Assembly: GCF_006345805.1 (NCBI RefSeq)
Contig: NC_043011.1
Location: 37,894,464-37,958,463, forward strand
Direction of reading: 5' to 3'
From: Octopus sinensis
Taxonomy: Eukaryota
Length of the DNA stretch: 64,000 nt
This document shows positions 11,016 through 23,816 of this stretch, in pieces. Made by a program: the position numbers and the translations under genes. The notes beneath the pieces are model-generated. The model searched no databases, was not told the origin of the DNA, and was given only the letters and a program-made list of their open reading frames with translations. The stretch's first letter is position 1. Every line of letters starts with the position of its first letter.

Positions 11016-11735
11016 TAAAGGAATTTTGTTAATTCGTCGTTCAACTCCATTCTTTCATATATTTATATATATATATGGATATATGTATGTATGAATGTAA
11101 GTATACTAGGTATACCTGTATTAATTAATAGGAGTCGTATTTCAGATGAGATATTTATTAGGTACAACATATGTTTCAGACATATTTATCAATATAGATG
11201 AAGAGACACAGATTGATGGATGATACGTTGTACCTAATAAACGTCTAGTACGAAATCTATCTCCTTTTAATTAATACTCTTACCCTAACCGCCACTGCGG
11301 AGTTCCTGATGTAGATCCCGCGCAAGTGTACCACAACTGCGAATGACAAAATGTAGCCTAAACGGTGACGGTGTTCTACTCAACATTTAAACACAGTAAT
11401 CGACTGATACATATGTGTCCAAATTATTTATTATGTATATGTATATAGTAATATATATATATATTTACCACTAGATGGTAAATGTTTTTCATTTCTAAAT
11501 TTATTCCTGTCGAATTTTATCCGTTATTTTTGTGGTTTACAGAACCTAGCTGTTCTTTCTAGCGTGTTGAATTTCGAACATGTGGATTCCTTATGTGTTT
11601 AAATACACACTATATCGCATGACTAATATATAGTCTTCTTGACTAATTTTTTTGCACGTTAGACCACTGGAAATGTAAATTTTGATTGAATGTTTTAATT
11701 TTAATTAAATTCCATTTCCCTTTGACATGATTAAA

Positions 11736-11811
<76 letters not shown>

Positions 11812-12206
11812 ATTAATGTATGTATATTATCGCTCCGGAAAGGACAGAAAGGCAAAAGTCATTCCGGCAGGATTTGAAGTGAGAAAGTAGAGTCGGAAGA
11901 AATGCCTCTAACAATTCTGTCCATCGTTCCAAAAAATGTACCATATCACCGAGCATATGTACATCCTTTACTTGTTTCAGTCATTGTGTTGCTGCCATAC
12001 TGGAGCACGCATTGGAGTGCTTACGTATTCAGCCTAGTATTTATTCTACTAGTTTCTTTCGCGAATCATATTTCGTGAAAAGTTACGGAGACGTAGAGAA
12101 AGGAACTTCTGTCTCAGGCATTAGTGGGGGACAAACTCATGCACAATGGCACAGGCATAGATACACACACACGCACTGACACACACACACAGATGCTCAG
12201 ACGTAG

Positions 12207-12217
12207 ATAGATAGATC

Positions 12218-12299
<82 letters not shown>

Positions 12300-12315
12300 C
12301 AGATAGATAGATAGA
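12207..12315. repeat. (GATA)n tetranucleotide array
   Basis: Direct reading. Confidence 0.95.
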
Positions 12316-12762
12316 TTCAGGTTTCAGTAACGCATAGCGATAGTAAATCTACCTATGTATGTGTTTCATTTTCAGTCTACCTACTTGACTTTTAGCTGTT
12401 CATCATTTATATTTAGCTGATTAGTAAACTACGGCTTCCATAGTGTCTAAGCGTTTTAAACACATCTATAATGCATATGTTATACATTTATATTCTGATA
12501 TGAATTCAAAACAGTATGCAAATCTCTCGATGAAAATCATCATCATCATCATCATTAGCACCCTGATCATGATCGTTGTCATCATCATCATCATCACCTC
12601 CATCATTTGAGTTGATGATATCAGCTGTATAATATTTTTACCAATTTTGGCAAATATAGTTTATCCGCTAGTTGCTGACTAACTCTCATTCTAAGAGGTA
12701 AACTCATTTGTATTCTTCTTAGATATAGTTTCAGCTTTCTGAACGAATAAAAGAATACATAT

Positions 12763-12822
<60 letters not shown>

Positions 12823-12908
12823 ACACATACACACACACACACACACGTATACACACTCGCAAAAACACACATACACACACATACACACACACATATATAT
12901 ATATATAT

Positions 12909-13300
12909 GTGGCGCAGGAGTGGCTAAGTGGTAAGTAACTTAGCAACCACATGGTTTCTGGGTTCAGTCCCACTGCATGAAACCTTAGGTAAGTGTCTTC
13001 TACTATAGCCTCGGTCCGAGCAAACCCTTGTGAGTGGATTTGATAGAAGGAAATTGAAAGAAGCCCGTCGCGTATATGTATATATGTGTGTGTATGTATG
13101 TTTGTGTGTCTATATTTGTCCCACCACCACCATCGCTTGGCAACTGATGCTGGTGTGTTTACGTCCCCGTAACTTAGCGGTTTGGTGAAAGACAACCGAT
13201 AGAATAAGTACTAGGCTTACAAAGAATAAGTCCTGGGGTGCATTTGTTCGACTAAAGGCAGTGCGCCAGCATGGCCGCAACCAATTGACTGGGACAATAA
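12909..13300 (+). mobile_element. SINE family B, full-length
   Basis: Head GGCGCAGGAGTGGCTAAGTGGTAAG through the tail GCATGGCCGCAACCAATTGACTG. Confidence 0.85.
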
Positions 13301-14467
13301 AGATGTGGATATGAAAAATGTGAGTAGAAGGTGGTGTGCTAGCAATCCTCTCCCCTTACTGCTTTACACAGTAAACAACAACACAAATAACTACGCAGAG
13401 GCAACCATGGTTGACACAAGAGCAAGATCAAGAAGCATTATTAAAAGAGAAAAGAAGCATTGTTATTCCTTACCTAAGTGACCTTATCTTATCGTCCATC
13501 ACTTGTTATGCACTCGTGAATTAGTTTGATAGTAGAGCTCTGTATTGGCTGTATCCAAATGAGTTCATAACTGAAGTCCGGAACTCTCGTGGGAAAAAAA
13601 AAACTTTCGCCTCCCAGTCAGTGGCATTCTTATGATCATGATTACTGAGTAACTGGTCTCCTCAGCCATAGGACCTGAAGGATTGCTTACTTTTTATTTA
13701 GAACATACTCGCCTGTAAGAGGCTGAGCTTTCCACGGACGTGTTTACTCTAAACGTAATTCCGAGAGAAAATCTACAAAACGCTGAATATAACAAGGTAT
13801 TACCGTTATATTACCTGTGCAATATAATTGAAGGCCTTCCAAACAGTTTGCATCTACTCGTTCTCAATAATGAGTTTATAATTAATTTATAATCATAATG
13901 AGTTGGCGCGAGTTTATAACAAGGTTTAATCATTGTATTATATGCGTAATATAACTGATGGTCTTCCATACATTTTCCATCTACACATTTTTAATAATAC
14001 GGTAGAAGCAGACGTGAGATTATAGAAAACGGCATTTCGGCTAAAAATCGATTTAGTCGGATCGAACCGAAAAAGATTGCGGTTGCAAATCGAGAATCTT
14101 ATTCGCACGACTTTACCACGATCGACACATTTGGAACATCATAAAAAGAAGTGAAGTGAAAATGACTCCGACTTGGTTTCATTGATAAACATCTATAGCC
14201 ATTTGAATAAAATACAAAGATAACACATGTTTAGTCGTATAGCGAACACAATAATGGAATTTTGTTCAAAAGTTGATGAAGCAAGCAAGCGGTAACCTAA
14301 CCTGAAATCATTGTATGAAACGCATTTATTGACCGATGAAATGATCTTTGATAAATAGCTTTACCTGATTCTGAAAATAGAATTACAGCCATGTTAATTA
14401 CTTTAAATGCATTTATGTGATTTGTAACGACCAAACGCTTATTGCAATCTCGTTGTCTGCTGCTCTA

Positions 14468-14473
14468 ACTCTT

Positions 14474-14538
<65 letters not shown>
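14468..14538. repeat. (TC)n polypyrimidine microsatellite
   Basis: Direct reading. Confidence 0.95.
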
Positions 14539-14541
<3 letters not shown>

Positions 14542-14574
14542 CCCTCTTTGTTGCTTATAATGTGACTGATTTAT

Positions 14575-15060
14575 TATTTGTATGTGTGTGTGTGTGTGTG
14601 TATGCGCGTATATAAATATATTTTTTTTTCCAGGATAAAATCAAAAGACAATATATATGTATAATATATATATATTATATATATATATATATAATAATAT
14701 ATATGTATGTATGTGTATACATACATATACACACACACACACATATATATATTTAAAAATATGTGTGTGTTTGTATGTATACGTATATATGGTGCGTGTG
14801 TGTGTATTATAAATATATATATATACATACTTATATGTGTGATTATATATTGTGTGTATATATATATATATATATATACATACATATACATACATATATA
14901 TATACATACATACATACATATATATATATATATATGTATATATATATGTATATACATACATATACATGCATATATATATATATATACATATAGATATATA
15001 CATATATATATACATATATATATATACATACATATATATATGTATATATACATACATATA
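14575..15060. repeat. Compound (TA)/(CA)/(TG) low-complexity tract
   Basis: Direct reading; source of many YI/VC-rich pseudo-ORFs. Confidence 0.95.
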
Positions 15061-15779
15061 GCACGCTCTGTTTCTGTTTCATGTGAATCCATCCAACTAC
15101 CCATCTCACCGAACGTATATCTTTCTCTCTACCTCAGTGTCGAACCATCCATCCATGCATCAATCTATCCTTCCTTACTTTCTTACTTCTCTATCACCGT
15201 CTTACCCTCTCTACGTGTCTATACGTTTGTCTCACACTCGTACTCCCTCTCTCTCTCTCATTCTATCTTTCTCTCACACTCACATTCTCTCATCTTCTCT
15301 AATTCTATTTAGTTCTCTCTAATCAATCAGAAACATTTCAAAGAATTGACGTATTAGTTTTGCTAAATGATTCTTTGTATATCTGCTAGTGTAAAGATCA
15401 AATGATAAGAGTGAATCAATGTATGTTGTTAATATAATTGTGTCTACGTATATACACCTGTGCCTTTGTTCCTATGTATGTAAATATGTGTGTGTGTGTA
15501 TGTGTGTGAACTTAAATTGTAAGTGTAATATAAGATCACAACGGCAAACAGACACAAAAAGTCATAAACAGTCATACATACAGAGGCGCATAGACACACA
15601 CACATACAGAGTCGAAGAAGCATACAGATATAAGGCATGAGTACATACACATATCTTTATATTACAGCATGTATGCGTGCTGATTTCTTAGAGAGAGCGC
15701 ATTTCCACAAGTATGTACCCGGTACGTGTATCCGTGCGTTTCCGTGTATGCGATCAATATACGAATATACGTGAATGCG

Positions 15780-15896
15780 CATACATTTGTACGAAGTTAC
15801 ATACACACACACATACATATATACACACACAAATACGCCCACATATATAGGCATATATATAAATGTATGTATATATATGCACATGTATTATATATA

Positions 15897-15942
<46 letters not shown>

Positions 15943-16140
15943 CATATATATATATATACATATATACATATATATATAATATCTGTCTATCTATCAATCT
16001 ATCTATATATCTTTCTCCCTCCCTCTCTCTCTCTCTGTATACATATAATAATATATATATGTATGTATATATGTATGTATGTATATACGAACGTACGTAT
16101 GTATACATACATACATATATATATATCATCAGGCACACAT
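15780..16140. repeat. Compound (TA)/(CA)/(TC) tract
   Basis: Direct reading. Confidence 0.9.
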
Positions 16141-16610
16141 ATATAGGCACGTACAAATACGCCTAGAAATATGGTTATTCCAGAAGTAAGTAGTAATGCT
16201 ATATTCATCCCCCTCCTCCTCCTCCTCCTCCTCATCATCATCATCATCATCGAAGTTGCTATCGTCGTCGTCATCATCAATAAACTTAAATAATATGCTC
16301 GTTCTAGTTTAAGCGTAAATTCATTTAAGCAGCCATATATCTAGAAAAAGATCGCATTACACTAAATATTTTACATACAACACCGACACCATATTGCAGA
16401 TGAGATTCCTTATTTCTTTCTTTTGTAAATTTTTTCTGCTGTGTTTTTTTTTTATTTTTATCTATTTTTCATTATTATTTTTTATTATTATTTTTCATCT
16501 CTCTCTCTCTCTCTCTATGTCTGTCATATGAACTTCTTCATGAAGTAATAACGGTGACAGAAGGAAATATAAGATATATGTTGCTTCACAAGTTTCAATA
16601 ACGACAACAT

Positions 16611-16641
<31 letters not shown>

Positions 16642-16883
16642 CATCAGTAACAGAACCACATTAATAACAACAAAAGCTGTAGCTACAACTACAAAATATG
16701 AATATATAGCTAATGATGATGTATGGTAATTTCTGGAAATTTACGCTAAATGTATTTTTCTCGTGTGTCAGTGTGAAAGAACAGCTGATAGTTAAGTCGA
16801 TAAGGTATCAGGTTAAAGAACCGACTAGTTGACATTTCACATATTACCATAAGAATCTGGCTGTGTTCAAAAGCAAATAAGTT

Positions 16884-17150
16884 GCGGCGCATAGCGTAGT
16901 AGTTAGCGTGTGGCACTCAAGATTTTATTATCACGATTTCGGTTTCCGGGCTGGGCAGTGCGTTGTATTCTTGGGGAAGTAACTTAATGTCACGTTTTTT
17001 ACTTCCCCTCAGCTGTAAATGAATAAACCTGCGCTCGACTGGCGTCCCGCTTACAGATGGCGTGTTGTGGACTCGGTCACTGATATCGCCATGTTAACTT
17101 GGTAACCGAAGCGTTGAGTTCAAGGACTCTACACAGCAATGTCTATCATG
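16884..17150 (+). mobile_element. Old tRNA-derived SINE (family D, CORE/V-like)
   Basis: tRNA-like start GGCGCATAGCGTAGTAGTTAGCG and CORE-like TTCTTGGGGAAGTAACTT. The GACTGGCGTCCC motif is shared with 63908-63921. Confidence 0.5.
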
Positions 17151-17211
17151 ATGATGATGGTGATCATCATCAGTGCTAACGGTTCTGCTAGCTCGCCAAC
17201 TTATCAACACG

Positions 17212-17555
17212 TTTCTACTCTAGGCACAAGGCCCGAAATATTTAGGAATGTGTCTACTCGATTAGATCGACCCCAATATGCAAATGGTAATTAATTTATC
17301 GACCACGGAACGACGAGTGGCAAAGTCGACCAAAGCGGAATTTGAACTCAGAACAAAAAGACAGACGAAATACCTATTTCTTTATTACCCACAAGGGGCT
17401 AAACACAGAGGGGACAAACAAGGACAGACATAGGTATTAAGTCGATTACATCGACCCCAGTGCGTAACTGGTACTTAATTTATCGACCCCGAAAGGACGA
17501 AATACCTCTAAGCATTTCGCTCGGCGTGGTAATGATTCTGCCAGCTAGCCGCCTT
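17212..17555 (-). mobile_element. SINE family A, dimeric copy with a deletion in the first core
   Basis: Same head, core and tail modules as 40197-40600. Confidence 0.85.
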
Positions 17556-17679
17556 AGACGTCGTAAGATCGAAGTACATTTAGTGAGAATTCGTGTCTAG
17601 TATTGTTGATTTTTCTTGTTTATTTAGTTCCACCTGGATCTTGATTAAGCAGGCATATGATGCAAGGTGTTTCAGTTGC

Positions 17680-18125
17680 ATCATTTCATCTTTTTCAATA
17701 TTCCATTTAATTTTTTAGCATATAGTTTCGTCTTTTTAGCTTATCAATTTTCTTTTATAAAAATACGCTTCTTCTTAAAATATCACTCTAACTTCTTTAT
17801 AATATTATTTCATCCTTTTAGCATATAACTTCATATTCTTACACTAAAGTTCTTCATTTTAGCAAATCATTTCATTATTTAAGCATATCGCTTTATCTGT
17901 TTAGTATATAATTTTATCTTTTTAGTATATTAATTTCAATATTTCCACCATACCATTTCATCTTTTTAATAAAGCTTTTCATCTTTTGATCATATCATTT
18001 CATCTTTCTTATTAAATGATTTTACCTTTCTACAATATAATTTCAACTTGTTTTAGCATATCATTTTATCTCTTTAGAATATCGTGTCATCTTTTTTGTA
18101 GTATCATTTCATTATTTTAGTATAA
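17680..18125. repeat. Degenerate minisatellite, about 21-22-bp unit TTTTAGCATATCATTTCATCT
   Basis: Recurring TTTAGCATAT and CATTTCATCTTT motifs at roughly regular spacing. Confidence 0.65.
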
Positions 18126-18754
18126 CTATATCTACATCATTCATTATGACATATAGTGACTATGATTAGCAGATCAAACTTTTGTGTAGAGTCTCTTGTG
18201 TTAACTCAAATAAAAAAATTGTCGTAGCTTGTTAATTTTTAACGGTGCTGAGTTCCTGTTTTCGAATTCCTTCTGGTTTAGGTAATGACAACCTCAGAAC
18301 CTCTTTTCTGCTGATATTTTATCTCTAAGAAAACGAAAACACGTCTACAACTCAATGATGATTGCTGGTTCCACAATCGTAGAGAAGACATAAATGTACT
18401 TATTTAACGATACAATGTGTTATACATATTTCAACCCAATAAAGCTCTATTGATAGCGTTATCCAAATTGCAACGCTTTTTTCAAGGAATATGATTCTGA
18501 TACATCGCCCATTACTTACTGCAACATTTTCCATCATCAATATTCCATTAATTAGCTGATTGTAACTCACTTGGTGGCAGATGTGGATGTTGATCATTTT
18601 GTGGTGGTATTAGTGGTGTTGATGGTGGCGATGGCTGTGGCAATAATGATTTTGGGGATGATAAAAACCTTATAGTTTTAATAGTAGTGCTTCTGGTAAA
18701 TTCTAGTAGCTAATGTTGATGTAATTTCTATTTCATTTTAGAAGTAGTTGTGGT

Positions 18755-18770
18755 CTTCTTCTTCTTCTTC

Positions 18771-18815
<45 letters not shown>

Positions 18816-19031
18816 GTCTTCTTCTTCTTCTTTTCCTCCTCCTTCTTCTCCTCCTCCTCCTTCCTCTTCTTCTTTTTCTTCTCCTCCTTCTCATCCTCCT
18901 CCTTCTTCTTCTTCCTTCCTTCCTTCCTATTCTTCCTCTTCTCCTCCTTCTTCTCCTCCTCCTCCTCCTCCTCCTCCTTCTTCTTCTTCTTCTTCTTCTT
19001 CCTTCTTCTTCTTCTTCTTCTTCTTCTTCTT
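18755..19031. repeat. Compound (CTT)/(ATT)/(CCT) triplet tract
   Basis: Direct reading; the long polypyrimidine part is H-DNA prone. Confidence 0.95.
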
Positions 19032-19508
19032 CCAATCGGGACTCACGCCATTAGCCACAAAGAATAATCCCTAATTCGAGCCTACTCTAAGCTACTAAGA
19101 ATGCGTGTGGCAACTTGAAGATCCACCCACCACACGCGCTAGACTGGCGGTTGAACGGGCACGAAAGCTATGTTCTTATCTCATTCGGTAAACGGTGGAT
19201 TTTAACGGGTGGAGAGCTGAAACATCCTGGGGTACAGATGATTAGCAATCTAGACTAGGTTCTGAAAGTTTACCACACCATAGTGGGTTAAACCATGGTT
19301 CCTCTGCTGTGTGGCAGAAGAAGAAAAAAAGAGTGAGAGAAAGTTGTGTTGAAAGAGTAGCGAGGTTCACCCCCGCCCCCACCGGGGCCTCGCGGAGCTT
19401 AGGTGTTTTTGCTCAATAAACACCCACAATGCCCGGTCTGGTAATCGAAACTGGTTTCTTACGACCGCGAGACCGCTGCCCTAACCACTGAGCCATTGCG
19501 CCTCCACA
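19020..19508 (-). mobile_element. SINE family C (tRNA-Arg-like head) with a tail ending in (GAA)n
   Basis: Minus head GTGGAGGCGCAATGGCTCAGTGGTTAGGGCAGCGG...TTTCGATTACCAGACCGGGC. After CTCTCACTCTT a distinct tail of about 290 bp runs into GATTGGAAGAAGAAG. Confidence 0.7.
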
Positions 19509-19799
19509 GTAGTTGTGGTTACTAGTGTTGTTGCTGAAAGGTCGATAGTGTTCGTCTAATTTTTGAGTAGTGAAATGGTAATACTGTTGGTTACGGTGAT
19601 TGGGATTTAGTTAATTATAGTTTCTAGTAGGGGGTTGCAGATGGGGGGTGGAGGCGGTTGCTGAAGTAATCCTTTTTTTCTGTTCAAATGTAGTGGGACT
19701 GTTTAGTACTTGATAAAGTAGCGGTGTAGTATTGGCGGTGGTTTGGAGAGGATGTCGACCTAGTGCTTGCACTAGTGATGGCGGTGATGTTTTTCTCAA

Positions 19800-20130
19800 T
19801 AATAGTTATCTTCCGCCTCTCTGACTTTCTAGTACTGCATCGTATGTAAACCTCGCTTTTCAGCTCATTCTATCCCAATCTACACTATGTCCATATCTGA
19901 ACGGCTCTTTTCTTCTTCTTCATTGATTTGAACATTGTCCAAATCTCTGTCCCGTAAAAGAGAACTGACATATTATAGCTGTTCACTAGCTCAAATTTTA
20001 AAGGCAACATTAGGTCTTCTGATATGAAGAAACTATATCATTCTTATAAACGTTATTTTAACCTTATCAAATCTCCGTAACTTTTTCACAGCAACATTTT
20101 AGAATAATTTTTTCTACTTACAGAATTAGA
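19800..20130 (-). mobile_element. Decayed RTE-clade LINE fragment (post-RT region)
   Basis: Minus frames read KLRRFDKVKITFIRM and LKFELVNSYNMSVLFYGTEIWTMFKSMKKKKRAVQIW, matching the RRI..AK..F..M and LYG.ETWT signatures of RTE ORFs. Confidence 0.6.
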
Positions 20131-20442
20131 TACTTCTAGTTTTCCCATTATATGTAGCACTCTAGACACCAATGCGCCTGTGTTTCCTTCATATACAGCA
20201 TAGCATAATATGAAGGGTATTAACAACCATTCTTTCAATATATAATGACGATGGAGAGCGTCACAAGTATTTGTAGCATATAATTTTATGCACTTACATA
20301 CTGGTTGATTCGCTAATACTAAGGCAAAAGATAAAATTATATTTCGGCGGATGATACCAAAAACGTGTGAAGTATGCAGAGTTTTCTTTCGTCATTCCAG
20401 AGAAAACATATTAACCACAAATGTCATGTATTATTATTATTA

Positions 20443-20477
<35 letters not shown>

Positions 20478-21864
20478 TATTATTATTATGTTGCTTGTAT
20501 GTGCAGTTCTAGCATGTATGATAGTATTTGATCTCTTACAATGTTTGAAGCCGTAAAATATCATTTATACCCACTTAAAAAGAGTGTATATAGTTTTCTT
20601 TTGAACTAGGTTGCATTCCATATGTATTACGGTATTACGTGTGTGTGTGTGTGTGCGTGTTTGTGTACGTGAGTGCGTGTGTGTGCATGTGTGTCTGTGT
20701 GCGTGTGTATGTATATATAAACACACACACATAGATATAGGGAGAGAGAGGGAGAAAGAAACATATACAAAAATGCATATATATATATGTGTGTGTGTGT
20801 ATGTGTATGTGCCTGCATATATATACATATTGTATATATGCGTGTATATATATAGATATATAAATATATAAACAAATACATACACACACACACATATGTA
20901 TATATATATATATACGCACATATACTTATCTATCAATCTCTTTCTCTCTCCTTATCATTCTCTTTCTTTTAAGAAATATTTTCTTAAAATTGTAAGTATT
21001 AAAAGAATTATAAACAAGATGTATATCTTGGGCATCTTGAGTATACATCATCGTCTGGACTTTGGGTGTCAGAGCTTTCATTGTTCAAACTTTGAAACGC
21101 AAATGTTCTGGGCTAAACCGCAGACGAAGTTACTTTTAGTAATTTTTGACTATTTCTGGTTTAGATTTTTGATTTCATATTCTTATAGATTTTTCCCTTA
21201 TGTAGTTGATCACTACAATCTTTTATTTTGCAAAAAACTGAAAAATTACGAATTTTCCATTTGCATAAATGTCTAGATATCTATTACGTGGAACGTTTCT
21301 AAGAGAGGGATCTATAATTTGCTCTCCCCACACACTTACGACGTTGGTTAGTTTTCATTCTGCTTTCCCCCCCCTCCCCATCTGATTGGATTGTGGTCAT
21401 ATGATGCAGCACATCAATTGTTTTTTATTCGTTTTTTTTTGTTGTTTTTTTTTTGCAATTTGTGTTTGCATTCAACTGTAATTTCTTACCATTCAATATT
21501 TATGTTGTGCCTTGTTCAACAATTTCACACGTCAAACAACGGTGGTCTCTATAGTTTGTTACTGGCATTACTTTTTTCGCCGATGTGAATATCGTCTTTA
21601 TTAGGAGTCGGCTGAGACTTCGTAGCTATCTTCGGCTATTGCTGAATTGCATTTCTCTAAATATAAGTCGGAAATTTCGATGATTGATGTAGAATTGGTG
21701 TGCTTAAGCAAATATAGGATGTTGTGCTTCTTAGGATACATGGGTGACTACAAATGAAGAATTTATATTTGTACTTTCGTTTTCACGCTCATCCTGAGTG
21801 ACTCGCGGTAAATCTGAGATTCTGATATCTTCTGCATTGCTATGGCATGATATATAAGCTTTAA

Positions 21865-22083
21865 CCCTTTAGTGTTCAGATTACTCTGTTAAATGTAATA
21901 CTCTTTCACTCAATTGTTTTGAATTAATAACGCATTATCGTCTAGCTTTGGGGTTTCAATGACGTGATTGTTTATTTTTAGAATGTCATTAAAGGTTAGG
22001 TGTGAGAGGCAAGATATCACCAGTTTGAATATAAAACATGTGGAATATCCGGGCCAGATATGACCGGTTTAAACACTAAAGGG
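21865..22083. mobile_element. piggyBac-type MITE (219 bp)
   Basis: TTAA at 21861-64 and 22084-87; perfect 12-bp TIR CCCTTTAGTGTT/AACACTAAAGGG. A TTAA TSD and CCC termini are established piggyBac hallmarks. Confidence 0.85.
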
Positions 22084-22764
22084 TTAAAGAGTATTTTGTT
22101 TTTATTTCTTAAGAAACACACTGACTTCAAACGGTCGTCTCTATCGTCTGTTTCTGTCGGTAACTACTGAACGTATATGTCTTCCCAAACTGAATGCTAT
22201 GTTCCTTCTTGCGTGGGGAGGGCTGCAAGATCTAAAACCGAAATAATGATGTGTGTTTGTGTTATTGTAGTAGAGATCACTTGTAAATGTTTCGTTTTGT
22301 ATATGAAATGTATGTATGTTTATATGACTGAGTACATATATGTCGATAATCTATACCAGTACGTGTGTATTTCATAATATGTACGTTTAATTTTAGGTAT
22401 ATATTTATATATATGTATGTATGTGAGTGTGTGTGTGTGAGTGTGCACGTATGCATGCTTGCATTTAGGGTATGTATGTATGTATGTATATATGCATGTA
22501 CAAGTATATATGCATAATATATGTAGTGTATATATATGTATATATATTCATACATATATATATATATGTATGTGTATATATATATATATATATAAACATA
22601 CGTATATATACACTATATATCTATATATATATCATATATGTAAATATATATATATATATATATTACATATAGAAATATACATCTCACATATATTCATACA
22701 CACATACAGACACAAACGCAAACGTGCACACACACGCATACACACACGCACGCACACATGCAAA

Positions 22765-22814
<50 letters not shown>

Positions 22815-23537
22815 GTTGTTCAAACGTTCTTCGCAATATACACGCGTAACAGGCAAGTCTTAATTCTGAATTGTAAGGTTTCTGCTATTTTCTTTAAATC
22901 ACATGATATCTATTTTGTTATTTCCTTTTTTTCTTTCTTTATTTAGTTTTATTTTTATATAATATTTCATCTCTCTCTATTTTTCTGCACTCAGTATTAT
23001 ACAAACAGCCATTCATTTTTCATACACTAACTACGAAAAATTTATAAAGCTTTTTACTTTAGGGAAAATCAGGTTTGTATTTTATTGGAATATTATAATC
23101 CAACCATATAATCACATCTGAAGTATGCTGTCAAGAGAATTGATTTGAATATTGCACTGAATCAGAGTGGTGGGGGAAAAGGAGGAGGAGGAGGAGGAGG
23201 AGAAAAATATAAACAAAACCTGATCATCATCGAAAGCTACAAATGAATAGCGTTCCACCCTGAGAAGACGTGGCCATATATTGCTGATTCATGTCTTGCA
23301 ACAAACTCCAGCAGCATTCTGTATGTATGTGTGTATGTACGTATGTATGTATGTATGTATGTATGTGTGTGTGTATGTATGTATGTATGTATGTATGTAT
23401 GTATGTATGTATGTATGGTGGTATGCATGTAAGTATATATGTTTGTAAGTATGTATGTATGCATGTATGTGTAGGTGTGTGTATTTGTGTGTCTATGTGT
23501 GTGCGGGTGTGTAGATTTTATTTTATATATATGTATT

Positions 23538-23583
<46 letters not shown>

Positions 23584-23701
23584 GTGTGTTAGTGTATATG
23601 TTTTTTTGTGTATATATATATGTTCATATAAATGTATATTGGTATACATATGTGTGTATGTATGTATGCATATATATATATGTGTGCATATATATGTATA
23701 T

Positions 23702-23744
<43 letters not shown>

Positions 23745-23777
23745 GTGTGTGTATGTATGTATATATGTTTGTATATC

Positions 23778-23816
<39 letters not shown>

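Larger units (their letters stand above)
10406..11068. mobile_element. Young inverted-repeat element carrying two hammerhead ribozymes (Penelope-like pLTR or retrozyme-like)
   Basis: 10406-10598 equals the reverse complement of 10876-11068 except at 3 positions; 277-bp spacer; TA-rich flanks with no clear TSD. Confidence 0.85.

Noticed and set aside
21490-21656. Minus-strand exon-like segment (tttAG ... ATG|GTAAGA)
   Set aside because: All three frames contain stops. It could be a non-coding or ATG-terminated exon, but nothing in the sequence supports that over chance.
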